From an uncultured Acidobacteriota bacterium (lineage in GTDB: Bacteria; Acidobacteriota; JAQAZP01), in contig CAWIIB010000009.1 in assembly GCA_963836075.1 (NCBI GenBank), forward strand, positions 3,008,001 to 3,072,000: DNA of 64,000 nucleotides, written 5' to 3'. Made by a program: the position numbers and the translations under genes. The notes beneath the pieces are model-generated. The model ran no database searches and had not been told where the DNA came from. It saw only the letters and a program-made list of their open reading frames with translations. How positions within the stretch are numbered: position 1 is the stretch's first letter; each line of letters starts with the position of its first letter. Shown in pieces: positions 1 through 8,139 of the stretch.

Positions 1-1896
1 ATGGAGCCGGTGCTCGATGACTTCATGGCCGTGCCCATCTGGGCCAAGATCCTCATCCCGGCAGCCGGCGGACTGATCATCGGACCGCTGGTCTACATGT
101 TTGCCCGCGAGGCCAAGGGCCACGGTGTGCCCGAAGTGATGGAGGCGGTGGCCCGCAAGGGGGGCGTCATGCGGCCCCGGGTGGTGATGGCCAAGTTCAT
201 CGGCTCGGCGATCACCATCGGCACCGGAGGTTCGGCAGGCCGTGAAGGCCCCATCGTCCAGATCGGTGCGGCCATCGGTTCGGTGGTGGGGCAGTTTCTC
301 CGGGTCTCGGCCGGCCGGATGAAGACCTATGTCGGCTGCGGAGCGGCGGCGGGGATCGCCGCCACTTTCAACGCCCCGCTGGCCGGAGCTCTGTTTGCCG
401 TTGAAGTGATCCTCGGTGATTTCGCCATCCACCAGTTCAGCCCCATCGTCATCTCTTCGGTGATTGCCACCGTGGTCTCCCGACACTTCCTCGGCGACTT
501 TCCCGCGTTCCGGCCGCCGGACTATGCCCTGGTCAGCCCCTGGGAGTTTTTCAGCTACCTGGCCCTGGGCATCGCCGCGGCGGTGGCCGGGCTGATCTTC
601 ATGAAGACCCTCTACTGGTTCGAGGACCGCTTCGAAGATGCGAAGTTCATCCCCGGCCCCCTGCGCCCGGCCATCGGCGGATTACTGGTGGGCTGTATCG
701 CCATCTTCTATCCCCAGATCTACGGCTCGGGATACGGCAGCGTGGATCTGGCCCTGTCCGGCAACCTGGGCTGGATGCTGCTGGGCGCCCTGCTGGTGGC
801 CAAGACCCTCGGCACCTCGCTGACCCTCGGCTCGGGCGGGTCAGGCGGTGTTTTTGCCCCCTCGCTTTTCCTCGGGGCGATGACCGGCGGCCTGGTGGGT
901 ACCGGCGCGCACCGCCTGTTCCCCGACCACACCGCCGAACCCGGAGCGTATGCCCTGGTGGGCATGGGAGCGGTGGTGGCGGCCACCACCCGGGCGCCGA
1001 TCACCGCCATCCTGATCATCTTCGAGATGACCAGCGAGTATTCGATCATTCTGCCGCTGATGACCGCCTGCATCATCAGCACCCTGGCCAACAAGTGGAT
1101 GAGCAAGGAGTCGATCTACACCATGAAACTCGCCCGGCGGGGTGTGGACATCTACCAGGGCCAGGAATTGAACGTGCTCAAGCCGCTCAGTGTCCGCGAC
1201 GTGATGGAAGAGGACGTGGATATTTTCGAAAAGCACCTCCGCCTGCCGGCGATGATCGATCGCCTGACCCGCTCGCCGCACACCCGGTTCTACGTGGTGG
1301 ACGACAAGCAGCGGCTCTGCGGCGCCATCTCTTCCCGTGACCTGCGGCAACTGGTGCGGGACGAGACCAGCCTCTCCGACCTCATCGTGGCCCAGGATCT
1401 AGCCAACCCCGATGTCCGCCCGGTGACCCCTGACGACAACCTCGACCTGGTGATGCGCCATTTCGGCCGGGCCTATGTCGATGAACTGCCGGTGGTGGAG
1501 TCGGCGGAATCGATGAGAATCATCGGCACGGTGCACCGGGCCCACGTGATCGAAATCTACAACCGGGCGATCTTCAAACGGGACCTGGCCGGCACTCTGA
1601 GCACCAACGTCGACTCCCTGGCCGCCGGTTCGGTGAAAATGGTGGAACTGGCCGAGGGCTATGCCCTGGCCGAGGTGGAGGCCCCGGGGGCTTTCGACGG
1701 CAAGACCATCGCCGAACTGAACGTGCGGGCCGCCTTCGGGGTGGAGATCCTGGTGATCAAGGCCCACGCATCGGGCCGGTCCGGCCGCGGGGCCCTGCTG
1801 AAGAAGGTCCCCAGCCCCAACATCCGCATCCACCGCGGCGACATCCTGCTGGTGGCTGGGGACCCCGGCCGTATCGACCGGCTGAGACGGCTCTAG
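1..1896 (+). CDS. ClC chloride channel/antiporter family protein with tandem CBS domains and C-terminal TrkA-C (RCK_C) domain; probably 5'-partial
   Basis: GHGVPEV, GREGP and GGVFAP ClC signatures; many TM segments; CBS pair (LSVRDVM..., PVTPDDNL...LPVV); GKTIAELNVRAAFGVEILVI...GDILLVAG RCK_C motif. Confidence 0.92.
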   Translation: MEPVLDDFMAVPIWAKILIPAAGGLIIGPLVYMFAREAKGHGVPEVMEAVARKGGVMRPRVVMAKFIGSAITIGTGGSAGREGPIVQIGAAIGSVVGQFLRVSAGRMKTYVGCGAAAGIAATFNAPLAGALFAVEVILGDFAIHQFSPIVISSVIATVVSRHFLGDFPAFRPPDYALVSPWEFFSYLALGIAAAVAGLIFMKTLYWFEDRFEDAKFIPGPLRPAIGGLLVGCIAIFYPQIYGSGYGSVDLALSGNLGWMLLGALLVAKTLGTSLTLGSGGSGGVFAPSLFLGAMTGGLVGTGAHRLFPDHTAEPGAYALVGMGAVVAATTRAPITAILIIFEMTSEYSIILPLMTACIISTLANKWMSKESIYTMKLARRGVDIYQGQELNVLKPLSVRDVMEEDVDIFEKHLRLPAMIDRLTRSPHTRFYVVDDKQRLCGAISSRDLRQLVRDETSLSDLIVAQDLANPDVRPVTPDDNLDLVMRHFGRAYVDELPVVESAESMRIIGTVHRAHVIEIYNRAIFKRDLAGTLSTNVDSLAAGSVKMVELAEGYALAEVEAPGAFDGKTIAELNVRAAFGVEILVIKAHASGRSGRGALLKKVPSPNIRIHRGDILLVAGDPGRIDRLRRL

Positions 1897-1908
1897 CCGG
1901 AATCAGGG

Positions 1909-2718
1909 TCACTCCTCGATCAGCACCTGGATCTCGGTGAGGTAGTTCTTCGGGTTGCCTTTGAAGATCATGCCCGGGCCCTTGAGGTAGACCTCCCGGG
2001 AGGGCAGCTTCGTCCTGTAGCCCTTTTCGTTGATGTAGCCGAAGACCGTCTTGTAGGAATCACGCAGGGTCTCGTAGGGCCCCTTGTGGATCAGCGAGAC
2101 ACAGCGGCCGCCGGGCAGCTCGCGCACCGAGACCCCCTCGGCGTCCTTGCCCTTGCGCACCGGGATGCAGGGCTCGAAATCGGCGCCTTCTTCCTTGTAT
2201 TCGCTGTCGTGGTAGAGGGTCATCGGCTTGCCGTTGGCGTTGCGGCCCATTTTGCGGCAGACCAGGCCCAGGCCCCGGCCCACTTCCTCGTATCGCCCGG
2301 TCATCCGGTGGCCGGCGATGAGGATCGTGTCCAGCTGCTTTTCCTCGATCTCGAACCCGTTCTGCTGGTCCATGACATTCTCCTTCTCTGACTCGATGAT
2401 CGTGGCAATGGAGCTGGAGATCCCCTTGTAGCGCCGGATGGTCTGCTCAACCTCTTTCATCTTCCGTTCCAGCTCGAGGAGCATGTCCTGGGTGCTGCCG
2501 CACTCCTCGAACAGGGCGCGGATCTCGGCGATGGAGAAGTCGAACTCCCGCAGCGTTTTTATCCCCCGGGCCCGGTGGTAGTTCTCCTCGTCGTAGTAGC
2601 GGTAGCCCGAGGAGGGGTCCACCTGGGCCGGGACCAGGATGCCCTTCTCGTGGTAGAGCCGCAGCGTCTTCACCGAAAGGGCCGTGATCCTGGAAAACTC
2701 GCCGATGCTGAATCTCAT
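1909..2718 (-). CDS. MerR-family transcriptional regulator with C-terminal GyrI-like ligand-binding domain (BmrR/EcmrR-like)
   Basis: N-terminal SIGEFSRITALSVKTLRLYHEKGIL...GYRYY MerR HTH; C-terminal HKGPYETL...SREVYLKGPG...YLTEIQ GyrI-like domain. Confidence 0.92.
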   Translation of the reverse strand: MRFSIGEFSRITALSVKTLRLYHEKGILVPAQVDPSSGYRYYDEENYHRARGIKTLREFDFSIAEIRALFEECGSTQDMLLELERKMKEVEQTIRRYKGISSSIATIIESEKENVMDQQNGFEIEEKQLDTILIAGHRMTGRYEEVGRGLGLVCRKMGRNANGKPMTLYHDSEYKEEGADFEPCIPVRKGKDAEGVSVRELPGGRCVSLIHKGPYETLRDSYKTVFGYINEKGYRTKLPSREVYLKGPGMIFKGNPKNYLTEIQVLIEE

Positions 2719-2769
2719 AACTTGCTCTCACTGAGTAACATAGTTGAGGTTGGCCAACCTTCGAGGAAA

Positions 2770-2800
2770 AGTATAGGGTCTCCCCCTGGGGGAGAGTCAA
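2770..2800 (-). promoter_or_regulatory. MerR-type sigma70 promoter with 19-bp spacer and operator dyad
   Basis: Minus strand reads TTGACT (-35), 19 nt, TATACT (-10); dyad TCTCCCCC-A-GGGGGAGA spans the spacer; points at the merR gene. Confidence 0.85.
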
Positions 2801-2961
2801 GGCCGGAATCATAAAAATATGAACCGACCGGGAACAGTTTTTGAACTGCACTCATCTGTTGCCTTATACAGTGCCCGATCCTTATACTGTAAACAGAAGT
2901 GAGTCCGGCCAATCATCCGCAAGGATGTTCAGGTACTGCTGCCGGCTTCCCGGGGAGTGCC

Positions 2962-5571
2962 ATGACGATCCATCCTCTGCTGCGGCATCCTGCCACCCGC
3001 ATCATCCTTGTCCTCTATTTTGCCGCGGTTTCGGGCTTGTTGTCCTTCGCCGCCCAGAGCCCTGTTGCTTTGCATGGCGGTGAGCTCGCCCGGGAATCAC
3101 TGGAGCGGACCGCCGTATTCTTTGCCGGGCACGAAGAACTGCAGCAACCTCGGGGTTCGATGTGGAAGCACTTCGTCAGCATCCGGGATTTCCTCGACCG
3201 GCGGACGGTGAACGGTGTTCTGCCCACCGCCGCCGACCGGGTGCGGGCCTGGAAGGAGAAAAATCTTCGGCAGGCCCTCTCGGCGGACAATCGGGGCTGG
3301 TTCTGCATCGGGCCGCGAAACATCTCGGGCCGGATCGTCGACCTCGATTTTCATCCGTCCAACCCGCAAAAGGTCTATGCGGCCTCTGCCGGGGGTGGAT
3401 TGTGGATATCGAACGACGGTGGCGGCACCTGGCACACGACCACCGACGGTTTGCCCTCCCTGGCCATCGGTGCGGTGTGTGTCGTCCCCAGCAATCCCGA
3501 CGTGGTGCTGGCAGCCACCGGCGAGGGGCTGCACTGGCGATACGTTATCTACGGTGCGGGGATCTGGAAGTCCACGGACAGCGGCAAGACCTGGGGGCCC
3601 ACGAACCTGACGTACGAGGCCACCGACAATCACGGTTTCCATGTCATGGAGGCCAACCCGATCACCGGGACCGTGCTCGCCGGTGCCAATGACGGGCTGT
3701 GGCGTTCCACCGACGAGGGGGACACCTGGACCCGGGTCCTGTCCCAGTTCGACTGTTACGATGTGAAGTGGAAACCGGGCAGCGCGAATCGGGTGTACGC
3801 GACACGGGGCAACGCTGCATCGTCCAACGGTGTCATCGTTTCCACCGATGATGGTGTCGGCTGGACTCCTGCCGGAAGCGGTCAACCGCTGAGCTCCCGA
3901 GTCAGCAAGACGCGGATCGCGGTCACCCCGGCCGATCCTGACGTGATCTATGCCCACTACGGTGACAGCCAGACTTACGGCACTCTCGGGATCTACCGCA
4001 GTACTGACAGCGGTCTTAGCTGGTCGCCGCGAAACACCACCCTCAATATCTGCGGCGGGCAGGGCGGGTATGCGGTCACCATTGCGGTTGACCCCGACGA
4101 CGTGAACCGGGTGATCGCCGGCGGTATCAATCTATATCAATCGTCGAGCGGCGGGACTGTCTTTGCCGAGACCGGTGGCGGAAACCCGCTGGGGGATGAG
4201 GACTCGGTGCACGTGGACCACCACGCCATTGCCTGGGAACCGGGCTCCATAAGTACCCTCTGGGTGGGCACGGACGGCGGCCCCTGGCGCTCGACGGACA
4301 ACGGTGAAACGTGGAGCCCCCGGCGTGACGGCCTGGTTACGACGCAACATTACGACCTCTGCCTCGATCCGGGTGATCCGGGGTTCGCCATGGGCGGAGC
4401 TCAGGACAACGGCCTGCCCTGGACCGAGGAGGCAGACCGGTCCTGGTTCCCGTCCACCCTGGAGGCCGATGGTTGTGTCTGCATCGTCGAACCGCTCGAT
4501 CCGGACACGATCTATTCCGAGTGGCAGTTCGGGGGACATATCCGGAGCACCGACCGGGGCTGGAGCTGGCAGCCGACGATGAGCGGGCTCAGCGGCAATT
4601 CAGTGCCCATCGCCCCGCTGGCCCTCGACCCGAACCAGCCCGGGCGCCTGTTTACCGCCACCAGCAATGGGATCTTCCGCACAACCAATGGCCAGGATTA
4701 CTGGGTGCGCGTCGCCTCTCACCAGGCTTCCTGGATATCGATCAGCCCGGTGGACGGGGATGTGATCTGGACCGTGGACACCAACACCGCAGGGCCAGCT
4801 GTCCGAGTGACCTCTGACGGCGGCAGCAACTGGACGCCGGCAGCCCCTTACGGCTTCACGGTGGGAAATGAGACAAAGGTTCTTGCCCACCCCACCGATC
4901 CAGCCACGGCTTTCGTCATCTTTGCCGGGTATTCGGGAATCGTCCATGTGCTCCGCACCACCGATTTCGGTGCCACCTGGAAGGATGTGAGCGGTGATTT
5001 CCCCCCTGATCCGGCAAACACCATGGTGGTGGACCCGGAGGATCCCGATCACTGGTTTGTCGGGACCGACACCGGCGTCTGGTATTCGGTGAACAACGGC
5101 CTCAACTGGGTCCCGTTGGGATCGCGATTTCCAAATGTGGTGGTGTACGACCTCGAGATCCAGCCCCGGTCGCGAAAACTGGTGGCCATCACCTATGGCC
5201 GCGGCGCCTGGGAGACCAGTCTGCTTGAACCGGGCAGCCATGGTGAACGGACATCAGCCCGTCACGATCAGCTGATGCTTGATCCGCCAATTCTTGATCC
5301 ATCCGGCGACAGGGTGAGGTTCCGTTTCGCCTCCCGGGCGGCAGGAAGAGTGACCCTCCATGTCTACGACAGCCGGGGCCGGCTGGTCGAACAAATTGCT
5401 GATCTCTCCAGCGCTGATGGAATTATCCGGACCGCGCAGTGGGACAGCAGTGAAATCCCCTCGGGGACGTACTTTGTCCTGCTGCGCAGCGGTTTCGGAT
5501 GCCTGTCACGCCATGTGGCGGTGAGGCACGGTCGGACAGGTCTTGTGCTGCAACCCCGGATCTCCCACTAA
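2962..5571 (+). CDS. Secreted BNR/Asp-box (VPS10/sortilin-like, GH74-like) beta-propeller protein with C-terminal T9SS-CTD/FlgD-like Ig domain
   Basis: Repeated SxDxGxTW Asp-boxes; GRIVDLDFHP; HVDHH; GGAQDNG; TYGRGAW; C-terminal VTLHVYDSRGRLV...WD...PSGTYFVLL. Confidence 0.8.
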   Translation: MTIHPLLRHPATRIILVLYFAAVSGLLSFAAQSPVALHGGELARESLERTAVFFAGHEELQQPRGSMWKHFVSIRDFLDRRTVNGVLPTAADRVRAWKEKNLRQALSADNRGWFCIGPRNISGRIVDLDFHPSNPQKVYAASAGGGLWISNDGGGTWHTTTDGLPSLAIGAVCVVPSNPDVVLAATGEGLHWRYVIYGAGIWKSTDSGKTWGPTNLTYEATDNHGFHVMEANPITGTVLAGANDGLWRSTDEGDTWTRVLSQFDCYDVKWKPGSANRVYATRGNAASSNGVIVSTDDGVGWTPAGSGQPLSSRVSKTRIAVTPADPDVIYAHYGDSQTYGTLGIYRSTDSGLSWSPRNTTLNICGGQGGYAVTIAVDPDDVNRVIAGGINLYQSSSGGTVFAETGGGNPLGDEDSVHVDHHAIAWEPGSISTLWVGTDGGPWRSTDNGETWSPRRDGLVTTQHYDLCLDPGDPGFAMGGAQDNGLPWTEEADRSWFPSTLEADGCVCIVEPLDPDTIYSEWQFGGHIRSTDRGWSWQPTMSGLSGNSVPIAPLALDPNQPGRLFTATSNGIFRTTNGQDYWVRVASHQASWISISPVDGDVIWTVDTNTAGPAVRVTSDGGSNWTPAAPYGFTVGNETKVLAHPTDPATAFVIFAGYSGIVHVLRTTDFGATWKDVSGDFPPDPANTMVVDPEDPDHWFVGTDTGVWYSVNNGLNWVPLGSRFPNVVVYDLEIQPRSRKLVAITYGRGAWETSLLEPGSHGERTSARHDQLMLDPPILDPSGDRVRFRFASRAAGRVTLHVYDSRGRLVEQIADLSSADGIIRTAQWDSSEIPSGTYFVLLRSGFGCLSRHVAVRHGRTGLVLQPRISH

Positions 5572-5580
5572 AAAGTAAAA

Positions 5581-5600
5581 CGGCCGCCCGAAGGCGGCCG
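5581..5600 (-). terminator. Intrinsic terminator hairpin between convergent genes
   Basis: CGGCCGCC-CGAA-GGCGGCCG preceded by an A-run, which is a U-tract on the minus strand. Confidence 0.65.
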
Positions 5601-5744
5601 GATCAAGGAGTCATTCTTCCAGTTCAGGGCACTGTGGTTACAGTGGGATTCGGTTGGAGGGATTTGGGTTTTACGGTCCTGAACGTTTGTCGGGACCGCG
5701 CTGGCCGGGGCGGCGATGGAGTCTGCCGCCCCGGCCTCACAGGG

Positions 5745-6440
5745 TCAGTTGGCGCGTTCGATGGTGATCAGGGCCACCGGATTGTTCCAGTCCTTGGCCG
5801 AGGCTTCCAGGTCGGCGATGCCGTGGATGCCGCTGTGCACCAGCACGAAACCTTCAGAGCCTTCGGTCACACGGACACCGGGGCTGCCGCAGGGCGGACC
5901 GGGAATGTGCTCGCAGGACTCGGTGTTCGCCTCGCTGCCGGCGTCATAGGCCCGGGCCGTGGTGGTCATGCGGTAGGGGCGATGGCCCCGAATTTCCACA
6001 CTGGCGCCGTCCACGCCGAGGAAGGCGTCGTTGGTGCTGACCAGCATACCGACCACGCTGATCAGACTCTGCTGGTGGGAAATGCTGACTTCCACGGTGA
6101 TCGATTCGCCGGGAAAGACCATACCGTCGGCGGCCATCACGTCCCGGACGCCGGTGGTGCCTTCCAGCAGATCGGCCAGCGGTCCAAACATGCCGTCTTC
6201 GGCCAGCATGGCCAGCTCATCGCTGGCCGGCTCGCCCAGCGTGAACACGGAAGCGCGCTTGTCGTGCGAGACCACCAGCGGCGGGCTGAAGATCTGATCG
6301 CTGGTGATGTTGGTGATGGTCACCGCAGCACGGAAAGCGGGGCTGATCTGCGCCGAAACGTCGACGGACGTGCCGAGGCTGAAAATGAGGGCCGCAGCGG
6401 CCAGGCCGAAAACCATTTTGCTCTTGAGGGTGCTCTTCAT
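5745..6440 (-). CDS. Secreted spondin_N domain protein
   Basis: Signal peptide; ITNIT..QIFSPPLVVSH; LAMLAEDG; MLVSTNDAFLG; AYDAGSEANTE. Confidence 0.88.
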   Translation of the reverse strand: MKSTLKSKMVFGLAAAALIFSLGTSVDVSAQISPAFRAAVTITNITSDQIFSPPLVVSHDKRASVFTLGEPASDELAMLAEDGMFGPLADLLEGTTGVRDVMAADGMVFPGESITVEVSISHQQSLISVVGMLVSTNDAFLGVDGASVEIRGHRPYRMTTTARAYDAGSEANTESCEHIPGPPCGSPGVRVTEGSEGFVLVHSGIHGIADLEASAKDWNNPVALITIERAN

Positions 6441-6679
6441 TGTTCCTTCTCCTTGTCACTGTTGCTGTTGTTGAAGCGGTTCGTTCTTGTGTTCGTATCC
6501 TCGGCGTCCCTGTCGCTCCGCCGGTGTCGCTATCTCTATGCACTTGCAATGGAATCTGTGACAGAGTATGCTCAAAAAAATCGTAACTGCTTTGTTTTCT
6601 TGATCCATGCTCGGGATATGGCTGGACGGCGTGTCACATATCCGGGGCAAACCGTCTATATACAGGTGAGGATCGAAGG

Positions 6680-7306
6680 ATGGTGGCTGTGCCCACCACA
6701 GAGAGTCCGGCTGGAGCCAGCGGCGGAAGCGCCCCCGGTGGGGGAGGGCTGTCTGCGGCGGTGCTCGAGGCTGTACGGCGGCGGGAACCCGACGCCCTGG
6801 GTGAGCTTTACGATGCCTGCTTCGGGCGGGTCTATTCGCTGGCCCAGCGGCTCACCGGATCCCGGGAGCAGGCCGAGGACGTGACCCAGGAGGTGTTCCT
6901 CAAGGTGTACAACGCCGCCGAACAGCTCGACCCGTCCCGCGACCCGGCGCCCTGGCTGGCCACCATCACCTGGAACGCCTGCCGGGAGCACTGGCGCTCA
7001 CGGGGCCACAAGCAGGAGCGGCAGACCGCCACCATCAACGGCGATGACGGGATGCGCGATAAGCTGGTCAACGGCAAGCGCTCTCCGGAGCGGCGGGTGA
7101 TGAACGGTGAACGGAAGGCGCTGGTTGAGCAAGCCCTCCGCCGGCTGCCGGAGGAGATGCGGGCAGTGGTGCTGCTCCACGATTTCGAGGGGCTGAGTCA
7201 CGCCGAGGTGGCCGAAACCACCGGCGAGAGCCACGCCGCGGTGAGAAAGCGTTATTCCCGGGCCCTGTCCCGGCTGCACGATGAACTGAAGGATCAGTTG
7301 GAATGA
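6680..7306 (+). CDS. ECF RNA polymerase sigma factor
   Basis: AEDVTQEVFLKV, WLATITWNACR (region 2); LLHDFEGLSHAEVAE...RALSRL (region 4). Confidence 0.92.
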   Translation: MVAVPTTESPAGASGGSAPGGGGLSAAVLEAVRRREPDALGELYDACFGRVYSLAQRLTGSREQAEDVTQEVFLKVYNAAEQLDPSRDPAPWLATITWNACREHWRSRGHKQERQTATINGDDGMRDKLVNGKRSPERRVMNGERKALVEQALRRLPEEMRAVVLLHDFEGLSHAEVAETTGESHAAVRKRYSRALSRLHDELKDQLE

Positions 7307-8118
7307 TCGACGAACCGATGATTTTGACGCCTGAACAGGAGCGCGTGCGGGAAGTCCTGCGCGGCCTGGGTCAGGTCCCGGCCGACCCCGCTTTCCGTGA
7401 GCGGCTGAAGCGGGAGTTCGTCTCCGGGGAGATCGCCGGTCAAAAGGTGCTCCAGCTGGACACCCGCCCCGGCGTCCTCGGCTGGTTCGGCCGGGCCTTC
7501 CTGCCCCTGGCTGCGGCGGTGGCGGCAGTGGTGGTCTTTTTCCTCCTGACCCCTGGCCCGGTGTGGAAGTTCAAGGCCATCACCGGACAGGGCCTGGTGG
7601 CGGTGAACGGGGTCAAGGCGGACGCTTCCGACATTGAAACCCTGGCCCGGCTGATCAAGCCCGGGGCGCGGATCAGCGTCCCCGAGGGCGTGACCCTCGA
7701 CCTGATTGCCGGCGACATCCTGCTGCTGGAAGTGAACGGCGGCGAGGCCACGGTGCCGCAGAATCCGGGCCGGAGGCACCGCGGGGAACTGACCAGCGAG
7801 GTGTCCATCGGCGAACTGCGCTTCAAGACCGGTCCGGGGTTCACCGGCCGACGGTTCAACGTGCGCACTCCGGACGGGCTGGTGGAGATCACCGGCACCG
7901 TAATCTCCGTCGTGCGTATGCCCGACCTGACCTGTGTCTGCGTCTACGAGGGCCAGGCGAACATCGGGCGGGACGCCGAGCACATGGATCTTATTCCCGC
8001 CGGGCAGCGCAAGGTGATGTTCTCCGATGGCCGGCCCCCGATGATCTCCCCGTCGATGCCTGAGCACATCCAGGGTCTCGAAGACTTTCTCGAGCGCAAC
8101 CAGGACGCCTTCCAGTAA
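7303..8118 (+). CDS. FecR-like anti-sigma/transmembrane sensor
   Basis: Overlaps the sigma stop (ATGA); single TM; FNVRTPDGLVEITGT...VCVYEGQ FecR motif. Confidence 0.75.
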   Translation: MIDEPMILTPEQERVREVLRGLGQVPADPAFRERLKREFVSGEIAGQKVLQLDTRPGVLGWFGRAFLPLAAAVAAVVVFFLLTPGPVWKFKAITGQGLVAVNGVKADASDIETLARLIKPGARISVPEGVTLDLIAGDILLLEVNGGEATVPQNPGRRHRGELTSEVSIGELRFKTGPGFTGRRFNVRTPDGLVEITGTVISVVRMPDLTCVCVYEGQANIGRDAEHMDLIPAGQRKVMFSDGRPPMISPSMPEHIQGLEDFLERNQDAFQ

Positions 8119-8139
8119 CGATCCCCTGAAAGCCAGGGC

